This document shows positions 48,217 to 57,818 of a stretch of 64,000 bases of DNA, one piece after another. How positions within the stretch are numbered: the first letter of the stretch is position 1; the number at the start of each line of letters is the position of its first letter. The DNA is from Bacteroidota bacterium. GTDB taxonomy: Bacteria; Bacteroidota; Bacteroidia; NS11-12g; UBA955. The stretch lies in assembly GCA_027488835.1 (NCBI GenBank), contig JAIYAW010000005.1:112518-176517 (forward strand), written 5' to 3'. The translations under genes were made by a program, and so were the position numbers. The notes beneath the pieces were generated by a model. It was not told the DNA's origin and searched no databases. It saw nothing but the letters and a program-made list of their open reading frames with translations.

Positions 48217-48224
48217 TATCTTTG
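48217..48224 (+). promoter_or_regulatory. -7 promoter box for alaS
   Basis: TATCTTTG, 10 nt before ATG 48235. Confidence 0.65.
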
Positions 48225-48234
48225 CACTCTAATT

Positions 48235-50862
48235 ATGTCACTTACATCTCAAGAAATTAAGGCAAAGTTTTTAGCGTTTTTCGAAAGTAAAAATCACCGT
48301 ATCGTTCCCTCTGCACCCATTGTGGTGAAGGGCGATCCTACGTTGATGTTTACAAACGCCGGTATGAACCAATTTAAAGATTATTTCTTAGGGAATGCCG
48401 TGGCCACACAAAAACGTGTTGCCAATAGCCAAAAATGTTTGAGAGTAAGCGGAAAACACAACGACTTGGATGAGGTAGGGCACGACCATTATCACCATAC
48501 CATGTTCGAAATGCTAGGGAACTGGAGCTTTGGCGATTATTTCAAAGCCGATGCCATTGCCTGGGCTTGGGAACTTTTAACTGAAGTGTATGGCCTCGAT
48601 AAAGACCGTTTGTATGTTTCTGTTTTTGAGGGAGATGAAGCCGCGAATATTCACTTCGATCAAGAAGCTTACGATATTTGGGCTGCCCGCGTTGACAAAT
48701 CAAAAATTATAAACGGAAATAAAAAAGACAATTTCTGGGAAATGGGCGATACCGGTCCTTGCGGACCCTGTACCGAAATCCATTTTGATATGCGTTCTGA
48801 TGAAGACCGCGCAAAAGTGGATGGCGCTACCTTGGTGAATAAAGACAATCCCGAAGTGATTGAAATTTGGAATAATGTGTTCATGGAGTTTAACAGAAAG
48901 GCCGATGGCTCTTTGGAAAAACTTCCAGCACAACATGTTGATACTGGAATGGGATTTGAGCGTTTGGTTAGGGTAATACAGGGTAAATCGTCGAATTACG
49001 ATACAGATATTTTCCAATTTATCATTCAAAAAACTGCCAGTTTATGTGGCAAAAAATATGGCGACAACGAAGCTCAGGATATTGCCTTTAGGGTAATTGC
49101 CGATCATATTCGCGCGGTGAGCATGTGCATTGCCGACGGTCAGTTGCCAGCCAATAACGGGGCAGGTTACGTGGTTCGCAGAATTTTACGTAGGGCTGTA
49201 CGTTACGGTTATAGCTATTTGGGCTTTTACGAGCCATTTTTACATGAATTGTTGGCAGATTTGGCAGCCTATTTTGCAAATTCGTTTAGCGAGTTAAATA
49301 GCCAATTGGCCTTTATTCAAAGGGTGGTGAAAGAGGAAGAAATTTCTTTCTTTAGAACGTTAAGTTTGGGAATGAGCAAATTGACAACCTATTTTACTGA
49401 AAATCCAAACAAAGGAATTTCAGGAGAAATGGCCTTCGAACTGTATGATACTTATGGTTTCCCAATTGATTTAACTGAGGTTATTGCCCGTGAAAAATCA
49501 ATTGAAATTGATATTGTTGGTTTCGAGAAATTACTCAACGAGCAAAAGCAAAGAAGTAAAGCCGATGCACAGAAAGAAACTGGCGATTGGCAAGTAGTTT
49601 ACGAATCTTTAGAGGAAGGTTTTGTTGGATACGACAAAACAGAATGCAACACATTGATTTCAAGACACAGATCGGTTACGGTAAAAGGCAAAAATATCAC
49701 ACAAATTGTGTTGGATGTTTGTCCTTTCTATGCAGAAAGTGGTGGACAAGTTGGCGATACCGGTATTTTGGTGGGTGAAGATGGCGAAACCATGGAAATT
49801 GTAGATACCACCAAAGAAAATAAACTGCATATATTGGTTTCCAATCAAGCCATTAAAAATCCTTCACAATCATTTAAAGCCGTTGTCAATGAAAAACGCA
49901 GATTGAAAATATCGGCAAATCACAGTGCTACGCATTTGATGCACAGTGCATTGCAGAGGGTTTTGGGTACACACGTTGCACAAAAGGGAAGTTTGGTGAA
50001 CGATGAATCTTTGAGATTCGATTTTTCTCATTTCGGCAAAATGACCGATGAGGAAATTACCCAAGTTGAAACCATGGTAAATGCCAAAATTCAAGAAGGC
50101 ATTGCTTTGTTAGAACATAGAAATATTCCAATTCAAAATGCCATTGACATGGGTGCAACTGCTTTGTTTGGTGAAAAATATGGCGATTTTGTAAGGGTTA
50201 TTGAATTTGATAGAAATTATTCAATGGAACTTTGTGGGGGAACGCATGTTGCCAATACTTCACAAATTGGTTTCTTTAAACTTATTTCTGAGGGAAGTGT
50301 AAGCGCAGGGGTTAGAAGAATTGAAGCCATTACCAATGAAAAAGCAATGAATTATATTGCTGAGAAACTTCAATTGTTGACAGAAATTTCTGAGAGCTTA
50401 AACAATCCAAAAGATATTTTACAAGCCATTCAAAAATTATTTGCCGACAACAATCAGTTGAGTAAGAAGATTGAAATCTTCGAAAATCATCAAATTGCCC
50501 AAATTAAGGCTGATTTAATGTCGTCTGTGCAATCGAATGGTGGTTTGAATATAGTGAAGGCAAATTTGCAATTGCCTTCGGCAGAAGCGGCAAAACAGCT
50601 TTGTTTTCAGTTGAAACAGGAATTGCCTAATTTGATTTGTGTGTTAGGCTATACCGCCGATGAAAAACCGGGATTGGCAATTTACATTGAAGAGAACTTG
50701 GTTGCTGAAAAAGGATGGGATGCATCGGCCATGGTGAGAGAATGCGGAAAGTTCATTCAAGGTGGAGGGGGAGGACAAAAATTCTTCGCTACAGCAGGTG
50801 GTAAAGATGCCGCTGGCTTGGATAATGCCATTGCCAAAGCAATAGAAATATTGGGACTGTAA
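48235..50862 (+). CDS. alaS: Alanine--tRNA ligase
   Basis: DPTLMFTNAGMNQFK, HHTMFEMLGNWSFGDYFK, DTGMG.ER, NHSATHL, ELCGGTH and GGGGG. Confidence 0.98.
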   Translation: MSLTSQEIKAKFLAFFESKNHRIVPSAPIVVKGDPTLMFTNAGMNQFKDYFLGNAVATQKRVANSQKCLRVSGKHNDLDEVGHDHYHHTMFEMLGNWSFGDYFKADAIAWAWELLTEVYGLDKDRLYVSVFEGDEAANIHFDQEAYDIWAARVDKSKIINGNKKDNFWEMGDTGPCGPCTEIHFDMRSDEDRAKVDGATLVNKDNPEVIEIWNNVFMEFNRKADGSLEKLPAQHVDTGMGFERLVRVIQGKSSNYDTDIFQFIIQKTASLCGKKYGDNEAQDIAFRVIADHIRAVSMCIADGQLPANNGAGYVVRRILRRAVRYGYSYLGFYEPFLHELLADLAAYFANSFSELNSQLAFIQRVVKEEEISFFRTLSLGMSKLTTYFTENPNKGISGEMAFELYDTYGFPIDLTEVIAREKSIEIDIVGFEKLLNEQKQRSKADAQKETGDWQVVYESLEEGFVGYDKTECNTLISRHRSVTVKGKNITQIVLDVCPFYAESGGQVGDTGILVGEDGETMEIVDTTKENKLHILVSNQAIKNPSQSFKAVVNEKRRLKISANHSATHLMHSALQRVLGTHVAQKGSLVNDESLRFDFSHFGKMTDEEITQVETMVNAKIQEGIALLEHRNIPIQNAIDMGATALFGEKYGDFVRVIEFDRNYSMELCGGTHVANTSQIGFFKLISEGSVSAGVRRIEAITNEKAMNYIAEKLQLLTEISESLNNPKDILQAIQKLFADNNQLSKKIEIFENHQIAQIKADLMSSVQSNGGLNIVKANLQLPSAEAAKQLCFQLKQELPNLICVLGYTADEKPGLAIYIEENLVAEKGWDASAMVRECGKFIQGGGGGQKFFATAGGKDAAGLDNAIAKAIEILGL

Positions 50863-50877
50863 ATTGTCCCTCAAAAT

Positions 50878-50918
50878 AACAAAAAGGTGATTACTCGATG
50901 GTAATCACCTTTTTTGTT
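50878..50918. terminator. Bidirectional terminator hairpin overlapping the rsmG 3' end
   Basis: AAAAAGGTGATTAC-TCGATG-GTAATCACCTTTTT between convergent alaS and rsmG. Confidence 0.8.
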
Positions 50919-51514
50919 TCGAAGAAATCTTCTTTGAATATTTTGGAGATGTTATTTGATTTGATTCTCAATCGGGGAGAAGCTTGCAGCAGTTCATTGA
51001 GTTCTTCTGACAAATCGCCGCCTTTTAGAAGGTAAAATTTGGGTTTGTCTTCCCAATTGTCTTTCATCCAATCAAATAATTGAACTGCAGGTGCAACGGC
51101 CCTGGCAACGGCTAAATCGTAGGCATATTCAGACTGTTCAGTGCGCAATTGTTCGCCAAGCACGTTTTTCAAACCAATGGCTTGGGCAACTTCGTTTACC
51201 ACATTGATTTTTTTACCAATGCTATCTACCAAGTGAAATTTGATATCGGGGAACATAATTCCCAATGGAATTCCTGGAAATCCACCACCGGTACCAATGT
51301 CAATCACGGTATTGATTCCCTCGAAATCACAAAATTTAACCAACGCCAAAGAGTGAAGCACATGGTGAATATAGAAGTTCTCCATGTCTTTGCGTGAAAT
51401 CACATTTACTCTTTCGTTGTGGAAGGTGTAGAGGTCGTAAAGGGCAGCAAACTGCTCTTTTTGCAGGTCTGTAAGGTTCGGGAAATACTGTTCAATGAGT
51501 GTTGAGCTTACCAT
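50891..51514 (-). CDS. rsmG: 16S rRNA m7G527 methyltransferase
   Basis: NVISRKD, HVLHSL, DIGTGGGFPGIPL, DSIGKK, RAV and LKGGDL. Confidence 0.95.
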   Translation of the reverse strand: MVSSTLIEQYFPNLTDLQKEQFAALYDLYTFHNERVNVISRKDMENFYIHHVLHSLALVKFCDFEGINTVIDIGTGGGFPGIPLGIMFPDIKFHLVDSIGKKINVVNEVAQAIGLKNVLGEQLRTEQSEYAYDLAVARAVAPAVQLFDWMKDNWEDKPKFYLLKGGDLSEELNELLQASPRLRIKSNNISKIFKEDFFETKKVITIE

Positions 51515-52647
51515 ACAATTTTGCGTTTAAAGAATGCATTCATTGAAATAATCACGTACCAGAAGCTATAGAAAATATTGTAAAACAAGTAGTAAGGACC
51601 TGCCAAAGGCATGTTTAATAACTTGCCTTTTTTAACAAAAATGATCCATTCTGGAACTATTTTTACAAGAATTGGAATGATAGGCCACAACCAGCTGCTT
51701 CCGACAATAAACCAAATGATGATGATTGTCCAAAACAGCAATTGAGAAATTGGCAACCAAGCAAGTCTGTTTTTTACATCGTTTCGGTATTGTTTGCCTA
51801 TCCACAAATGGCGCATTTTCTGTTTCCAATATTCTTTCCAATTTTTAGGACCTTCGGTTTTTACAAAGCTTTCAGGTTGAATACAAACTAATGTATTGTT
51901 TGCATTTGATGCTTCTTGCACGAAGAGATCATCATCGCCGGCTGGCAAATGATGGTGTTTTGAAAAACCACCAACACTGTCGTAAATACCTCTGGTATAC
52001 GCCAAGTTTCGGCCAACTCCCATGTAGGGTTTGCCTTTGATTGCCATGCCTGAATATTGCATTGCGGTAAGTAGGTTTTCGTATTGGGTTAAACGGCCTA
52101 GGAAAGACTTCTTTGTCATTACAGGAGAAACGCCCAAAACGATGTCTTTTTTCTGTGTAAATCCGGTGGCCATTTGTTTTAGCCATTGATTGGAGCTAGG
52201 AATGCAATCGGCATCTGTGAGCAGAAAATGGTTATTTTTTGCTTTTTTAATTCCCAATGTCAATGCCAATTTTTTACTTCCATTTTTAATTACGTCCGGA
52301 TCGAGCAATACATATTTCAACAGGGGTTCTTTTTCGGCAGTTTTTACCAAAAAATAAGCAGTTTCATCGCTGCTGCGGTCGTCGATAATGACTACTTCAA
52401 AATTTGGATAATCTTGGGTTAACCAATGTTGAATGTTATCTTCAAGTTTTAGAACTGCGTTTCTGGCAGAAATGATAATTGAAACAGGTGGGAAAGCGGT
52501 AATTGGTTCATTTTTATAAGGTTTGATAGGATTGAAGTAATAAAAAAAGTAATACCATCCCACTGAAAATAAAACAGTTGCCAAAACACAGAGGATCAAA
52601 TCCACTTGTTCAAATCTAAGGTTATTGATAAAATCTTGAAACGTCAC
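51508..52647 (-). CDS. Glycosyltransferase family 2, membrane-associated
   Basis: VSIIISARN, DDRS.D, KKLAL, TDADC, GDDDL and QKMRH. Confidence 0.9.
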   Translation of the reverse strand: MTFQDFINNLRFEQVDLILCVLATVLFSVGWYYFFYYFNPIKPYKNEPITAFPPVSIIISARNAVLKLEDNIQHWLTQDYPNFEVVIIDDRSSDETAYFLVKTAEKEPLLKYVLLDPDVIKNGSKKLALTLGIKKAKNNHFLLTDADCIPSSNQWLKQMATGFTQKKDIVLGVSPVMTKKSFLGRLTQYENLLTAMQYSGMAIKGKPYMGVGRNLAYTRGIYDSVGGFSKHHHLPAGDDDLFVQEASNANNTLVCIQPESFVKTEGPKNWKEYWKQKMRHLWIGKQYRNDVKNRLAWLPISQLLFWTIIIIWFIVGSSWLWPIIPILVKIVPEWIIFVKKGKLLNMPLAGPYYLFYNIFYSFWYVIISMNAFFKRKIVW

Positions 52648-52749
52648 AGTAAAAATTAAAATTCAAATTTAAGTCAGCAATTTGAAAGTAAATGGTACGT
52701 TAAATTTTTGGGGATAAGTATTGCGGAGTTTTGTAACTTGCAAAAGTTT

Positions 52750-53544
52750 ATGAGAAGTATGAAATTGAAATCTATTTTCATTGTTGGAATGTGTGGTGTT
52801 TTATCTGTGTTGCAAGCGCAAAATGATTCAGTGACAAAAACAATTGATATTTTACCGTGGGATCAATCTACATTGAGTAATGAAATTTGCATTCAGAACT
52901 TTTTCCCCATGTTTTTTCAAAATGGTTGGGGTGGAGGAAGTAGTGTCATGTATCGCCGTTATTTTAGGAACGGAAAATCAGCCATCCGTGCAAAAATTGA
53001 TGGTGCAATCAATAACCAGAATCGAAATTGTTTCAATAACACCGATTTGGCTGTGCCTATTCCAGATGAATTTAACAATCTCGGTTATGGAAATTCTAAT
53101 TGGAATTTCACCGTGGGTTACCAACATAGATTCCTAAAGCAAAGTGCATTTACTATGTATGCATTGGTTGATTTTGCATTGGGTAACGGAGGATATTATT
53201 CTTCTGGCTTGTATGCACAATCTTCAGCTGGTGTTGGCAAAGGCAGAACGATTCTTAGCTTTTCAATAAATAAAATGCAAAATTCAACAGTTACTTACAA
53301 CATAAGTACAGGAATTGGCGCACAAATGAAGATGTACAAAAACTTTTATATTGCAGTAGAATCGCAAGTACAATTCAACAATGTAAAAACAAATAGTACA
53401 AGAACAGATAGGTCAATTGAATACGATATTGCTTCAAATTCTTATTTTCAGAAGAGTTTAACTGAAACAAACGACCCAAATCAAACGGCAATGAATTTAT
53501 CATTGACTCCTGTAACAACAATCTACTTTACTTACAAGTTTTAA
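52750..53544 (+). CDS. Hypothetical outer-membrane beta-barrel protein
   Basis: Signal peptide (MRSMKLKSIFIVGMCGVLSVLQA-Q, ATG 52750 or 52759), beta-strand pattern and C-terminal YFTYKF. Confidence 0.6.
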   Translation: MRSMKLKSIFIVGMCGVLSVLQAQNDSVTKTIDILPWDQSTLSNEICIQNFFPMFFQNGWGGGSSVMYRRYFRNGKSAIRAKIDGAINNQNRNCFNNTDLAVPIPDEFNNLGYGNSNWNFTVGYQHRFLKQSAFTMYALVDFALGNGGYYSSGLYAQSSAGVGKGRTILSFSINKMQNSTVTYNISTGIGAQMKMYKNFYIAVESQVQFNNVKTNSTRTDRSIEYDIASNSYFQKSLTETNDPNQTAMNLSLTPVTTIYFTYKF

Positions 53545-53545
53545 C

Positions 53546-54385
53546 TTAGGCTGGAATAAAATCGTATTTTTCTATAATCACTTCAAACGTTTTTCCGTCT
53601 GTTGGTGCCAACCCATTCAATAACCATAAGTTCATTCGGGCATTGGTTGTGTTTCCTGGTTGTGGAATTACAATTGGCTTGGACGAACGCCCTCCTTCGG
53701 TTTTCACTCTAGGTTGATTCGTTAAATCGTAACGCCAATTTGCAATTTGTTCCAATCCCGGATAGGATTTGCCCACATAACTGTTCCAAACAATTTCTTT
53801 GTCGGTCCATTTAAATGCATGGGTTGTAGCCTTTTTCAATTTACTCACAACCATAGCTGGCTTGTGGGTTCTTTCTTCAAAAGGGACTGAATTATCAAAT
53901 AACACAGGTTGCACAGAAGTTGTTAATAGCAAAGAATCATTTGCTTTGAACCAACGCGCAAACTCAATATCTACTTCGCTATTTGCCTGAGAAGCAAAAG
54001 TGTTGTCATCCCAAGTAAATAATCCCAATACTATATTTTCATTCATTTGGGTAATATCATTCCCTAAAGTGAAAATATAGGTTCCATAACCTGTGTTTTC
54101 AGTACAAATGATTTCGCTAGATTGCCATTTACCATTGTTGTTGGTGATTTTCAAATGCAAATAGCCGTTGCTATCTAACCAAACATTTGATTTGTCTTTT
54201 GAAAAAACATTTGGACCTGGCCCAACAGGAAAGGTGCTCGATTTAATTCTCCAACCAAACCCAGAAAAAACAAAATCTCCTGAATCTTTAATTACACGAT
54301 TTCTTATAATAGAATTGGGGTCAGATTGCTCACAACTGGCAAAAAGATAACAAATTGAACAAAAAAGTATGAGTTTACGAAACAT
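53546..54385 (-). CDS. GH16-like glycoside hydrolase lipoprotein
   Basis: Lipobox LFASC, VW.D..G.LHLKI, GYGTY, GLFTW and EVDIE (ExDxE catalytic motif). Confidence 0.75.
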   Translation of the reverse strand: MFRKLILFCSICYLFASCEQSDPNSIIRNRVIKDSGDFVFSGFGWRIKSSTFPVGPGPNVFSKDKSNVWLDSNGYLHLKITNNNGKWQSSEIICTENTGYGTYIFTLGNDITQMNENIVLGLFTWDDNTFASQANSEVDIEFARWFKANDSLLLTTSVQPVLFDNSVPFEERTHKPAMVVSKLKKATTHAFKWTDKEIVWNSYVGKSYPGLEQIANWRYDLTNQPRVKTEGGRSSKPIVIPQPGNTTNARMNLWLLNGLAPTDGKTFEVIIEKYDFIPA

Positions 54386-54388
54386 GTT

Positions 54389-55084
54389 TTATTTTTTTAT
54401 GAGGGACACTATTTTAATTTTATCGAAGATGATATTTCCATCGGCTTCGAACTGAATGATAAATTGTTTGGTATTGCCGGGATCTGTTTGGGATGCTGTG
54501 AAAGGAAAATCTTTCAAAGGCAAAATAAAGCTGTTCCAAGTATTGGCTTTGATTTTTGGGGATGTTAAATATTTTGGGGCGTAGCCAACATAAGCTTGTG
54601 ACCCTGAATAATCTTCAAGGGCAAACGCCAATGGTAAATTATTGAGATCTGTTCCGGGAGAGTAAAAGTTTATTTCAATACCTGCAGTTTCAACAATGGC
54701 AGAAATGTCTTTGGGCCTCCAATTGTCCCAACCAAATCCCATACCAATCCATTTACAACCACCCGTAATCTTGTCCCAATTTACATTCAATGCATTTTGT
54801 CCCTCAAAAACGAATTTGTTTTCAGGCGAAAATTGAACGCAATTTTTTTCGGGAGAAATCCAAACTTGTTTGTCTATATTTTCACTAAAAATATCTAGTG
54901 CATAGAACCCGTTGATGTTCTCTTTGTCAGCTTCTTCTTGAATATCATAAAGATTTCTATTTTGGAAAGAAAGTAGTTTTCCATTCAATGAAATGGTATC
55001 CATTTTTTGATATTGCGCAGTATCGGTTTGCGAAAAAATCATGCTGCACAGTGAGAAAAGACAAATTGAGAATGCGTATTTCAT
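54389..55084 (-). CDS. Secreted carbohydrate-binding-module-like protein (CBM11/CBM30-type jelly roll)
   Basis: Signal peptide, W.GMGFGW..W, W....LPL.DF and I.FDKIKIV end pattern. Confidence 0.55.
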   Translation of the reverse strand: MKYAFSICLFSLCSMIFSQTDTAQYQKMDTISLNGKLLSFQNRNLYDIQEEADKENINGFYALDIFSENIDKQVWISPEKNCVQFSPENKFVFEGQNALNVNWDKITGGCKWIGMGFGWDNWRPKDISAIVETAGIEINFYSPGTDLNNLPLAFALEDYSGSQAYVGYAPKYLTSPKIKANTWNSFILPLKDFPFTASQTDPGNTKQFIIQFEADGNIIFDKIKIVSLIKK

Positions 55085-56092
55085 TTATAATTCCAAAGGA
55101 CCTTTTTCGGTAAACATGAGGCAATCAATTTTTGTACTTCCCGGACCGATTGTAGGATTTGCCAAATGAAGCATTGATATTTTATTGATTGAATTTGGGT
55201 TGAACTTGCTATTTCCGTTATTTACAGCGGGTGTTCCATTCACCAAACGGGCCAAACTGTTGTATTTGAAACTTACCAATTTCCAACCTTCCCAATTTAC
55301 AATGATTTCTTTGTCGTATTCGTCGTCTGCTGACGATTCAAAAGTGCCATTTCCATTATCATCTTCCTTGAACTGAAACAAGATTCGCGATGGGTTAGAA
55401 TTGGGTACTCCGTAAATCAAGCAATTGAAATAAACGTCATCGGCAATTGAGGTAATTGGAAACGTTTTGTCCGTTCCATTTCCATAAGCGGTAGCAGGGA
55501 AATCGATCAAACCAATCAACCAATCCCAGTTTACTGTGCCAGCCATATTTAAATAATTTGAACCTTCAACTACAAATTCGTCACTTTTGACTTTGAAATC
55601 CATGCTGGCACCATTTTGAATGAAAGTGGTCCATTTGCTACTTATTCCTGATTCAAAATTGGCAACCACAAATCCGGATGGTTTTTTAAGTCCTGTAACA
55701 ATAATATTTAGGTTAAAAGTATCTGTAACTCCTTCAATTTTCAAGGTTGCTACACAATTTTCATTTTTAAACATTGGGAAAAACGAAGTAGTACCATTCC
55801 AAGTCGATAATGGGGCTCCAATGTTTCTAGATTTTCCTTCAAGAACTTTCTTGGCGCCACTCGATTGGCCTTTGATTTCAATTTTCCAGGTGCAAATTTT
55901 AGTGAATTCGGCAGAGAAGTTTACCACTTCACCTTTTGAAAAATCAATAATGGTTTTATCCGATTTATATGCGTTCAAAAATCCAAATGTGCCATTTATA
56001 TCTTCCAAACTTGGACCTTCATAAGGCATTTGCTCACGTTTGCAGCTGTTTAAACTAATTAATGCAATTGCAATATATATAAGACGTTTCAT
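55085..56092 (-). CDS. Lipoprotein with an Ig-like N-domain and CBM-like C-domain (putative surface glycan-binding protein)
   Basis: Lipobox SLNSC, VANFE and VNWEGWKLVSF..Y CBM11-like pattern. Confidence 0.55.
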   Translation of the reverse strand: MKRLIYIAIALISLNSCKREQMPYEGPSLEDINGTFGFLNAYKSDKTIIDFSKGEVVNFSAEFTKICTWKIEIKGQSSGAKKVLEGKSRNIGAPLSTWNGTTSFFPMFKNENCVATLKIEGVTDTFNLNIIVTGLKKPSGFVVANFESGISSKWTTFIQNGASMDFKVKSDEFVVEGSNYLNMAGTVNWDWLIGLIDFPATAYGNGTDKTFPITSIADDVYFNCLIYGVPNSNPSRILFQFKEDDNGNGTFESSADDEYDKEIIVNWEGWKLVSFKYNSLARLVNGTPAVNNGNSKFNPNSINKISMLHLANPTIGPGSTKIDCLMFTEKGPLEL

Positions 56093-56094
56093 GG

Positions 56095-57813
56095 TTAAAA
56101 TAATAAATTATAGATGATTAAAGTTTGGTTAATTTTATAGTTGTCAAAAGCTTGGGCTTTGTTTTCATAATTAAAACTTTGGTACATAATTCCAAAATAT
56201 GCTTTCTCTGTAAAACGGAATCTCAAACCAACAGCAGTAATCGATTCATTCAAATTTACGTTGTAATCTTTGAAATCGGTAACTTCGGTAAATGAATTTC
56301 TGTTAGAAACTTGGTCGTTTCCTTTTCCTTGCAAACCGGTGTATCCACCAACCAATTCCAATTGCTTTGCAAATTCCCATTCAAAACCAAAGGCAGATTG
56401 AATAGATTGCAAATCAACTTTTTCAAACGAGAAATCACCAGCTCTGCTTGTTTGCTGATATGAAACTGCTGTGGAGATTTTGAGGGACTTTTTCAATTTT
56501 AACACTTTAGAAAGGTTCCAACCCAACTGAACGTTGCTCATGGTGTATTGCTTCAAGTTCTTGGTACCTTGTCCACGAATTTCACTTAATTGATAATGAG
56601 CCCAATCGGCAGACAAACCTTTTTCTTTGTTCGACCATTTGGCAATTCCGTAAATACCATTCCTGTTAAATGTAGCCAATCCATAAGGCAAAACATTGTT
56701 AATTAACGGATGGTAAGCCATGATTTTGTTGCTAATGCCATTGTTGTATAACTTGTTGTCGCCCATAATGTCGCCAAGTCCCATAGGACGGTCTGCTTGG
56801 GTTTGTTTGTACAAACCAAAACTTGTGAGCGCTGAGTTGTAATTGATGCGCTTAGATTGTGCTCCAGGACTTCTAAAATCTGGCCCAACGTTTAAATAGC
56901 CCACTTCCAATTCGATATTTAACTTAGGAAAGCTAATTTGCGCAGAAGGATTCAAAAAGAAATCATTCAACATGGGTGCGTTGCTATCTTTGGTGTAATA
57001 CATTGATGAATTGCCAAATTCACCTTTCAAAACAATTGGGTAGTTTTTGAAGGTATTGGTGTATTTAAATGCGCCAGTATTCACAATATTTCTGAATGAA
57101 TTAGAATCGGTTCCAGTTCCTGTAACATCAAAAACGCTGCTCAAATTGTATTGGGCACTCAAATGGTCGTTCACCACGAAATCTATGGTTGATCCACCAA
57201 ACAAACGCTCAGGAACATTTCCAAAATTTGTCATGTTCAAACGGGTTATGTATCCGTTTACATTGATTTCTTGAAGATATTTTGAGAAATTCAAACCAAA
57301 ATCAACAGATGCTCCTTGTTGGCGCCAAGTGTTATTTTTGTAAAACGTTTCGTAATTCACAATTTCCTGTTGCATTTTGGTAACAGGGTTTTGATTGATT
57401 AACAAATCTTCGTTGTTGTTGTAAAATGTGAATGGGGTTTGTTTTAGGTTGATATCTCCCAACTGGTAACGCACGGCATCGGCAATAATGCCTTTTACCC
57501 AAAGTTGACGCACATCGAATGTAACACCACCACCAAAAAATCCACCGTATTGGTTTTTGATACGGATCATACCCAAAATTTCGGTATTTTTATTCGGAGA
57601 GATATTAAATCCCAAATCAATCAACGCATATCCACCGGCATTGCCTTTTGGCGTAGTTTTATCTGGAATAGAATCATTCACTTGAATATTTTGATTGTTT
57701 ATAATACTTCTGGCACCGCCGGTAATTTTTACCTTTGGAGAAATTTGTGCATTGCCATTCAATGCCCAAGAAGTAAATAAAATGATAATATGTTTCGCTT
57801 TAAGCATGTTCAT
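56095..57813 (-). CDS. Hypothetical outer-membrane beta-barrel protein
   Basis: Signal peptide, alternating beta-strands, C-terminal IIYNLLF; no TonB box or plug recognised. Confidence 0.6.
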   Translation of the reverse strand: MNMLKAKHIIILFTSWALNGNAQISPKVKITGGARSIINNQNIQVNDSIPDKTTPKGNAGGYALIDLGFNISPNKNTEILGMIRIKNQYGGFFGGGVTFDVRQLWVKGIIADAVRYQLGDINLKQTPFTFYNNNEDLLINQNPVTKMQQEIVNYETFYKNNTWRQQGASVDFGLNFSKYLQEINVNGYITRLNMTNFGNVPERLFGGSTIDFVVNDHLSAQYNLSSVFDVTGTGTDSNSFRNIVNTGAFKYTNTFKNYPIVLKGEFGNSSMYYTKDSNAPMLNDFFLNPSAQISFPKLNIELEVGYLNVGPDFRSPGAQSKRINYNSALTSFGLYKQTQADRPMGLGDIMGDNKLYNNGISNKIMAYHPLINNVLPYGLATFNRNGIYGIAKWSNKEKGLSADWAHYQLSEIRGQGTKNLKQYTMSNVQLGWNLSKVLKLKKSLKISTAVSYQQTSRAGDFSFEKVDLQSIQSAFGFEWEFAKQLELVGGYTGLQGKGNDQVSNRNSFTEVTDFKDYNVNLNESITAVGLRFRFTEKAYFGIMYQSFNYENKAQAFDNYKINQTLIIYNLLF

Positions 57814-57818
57814 CTATT

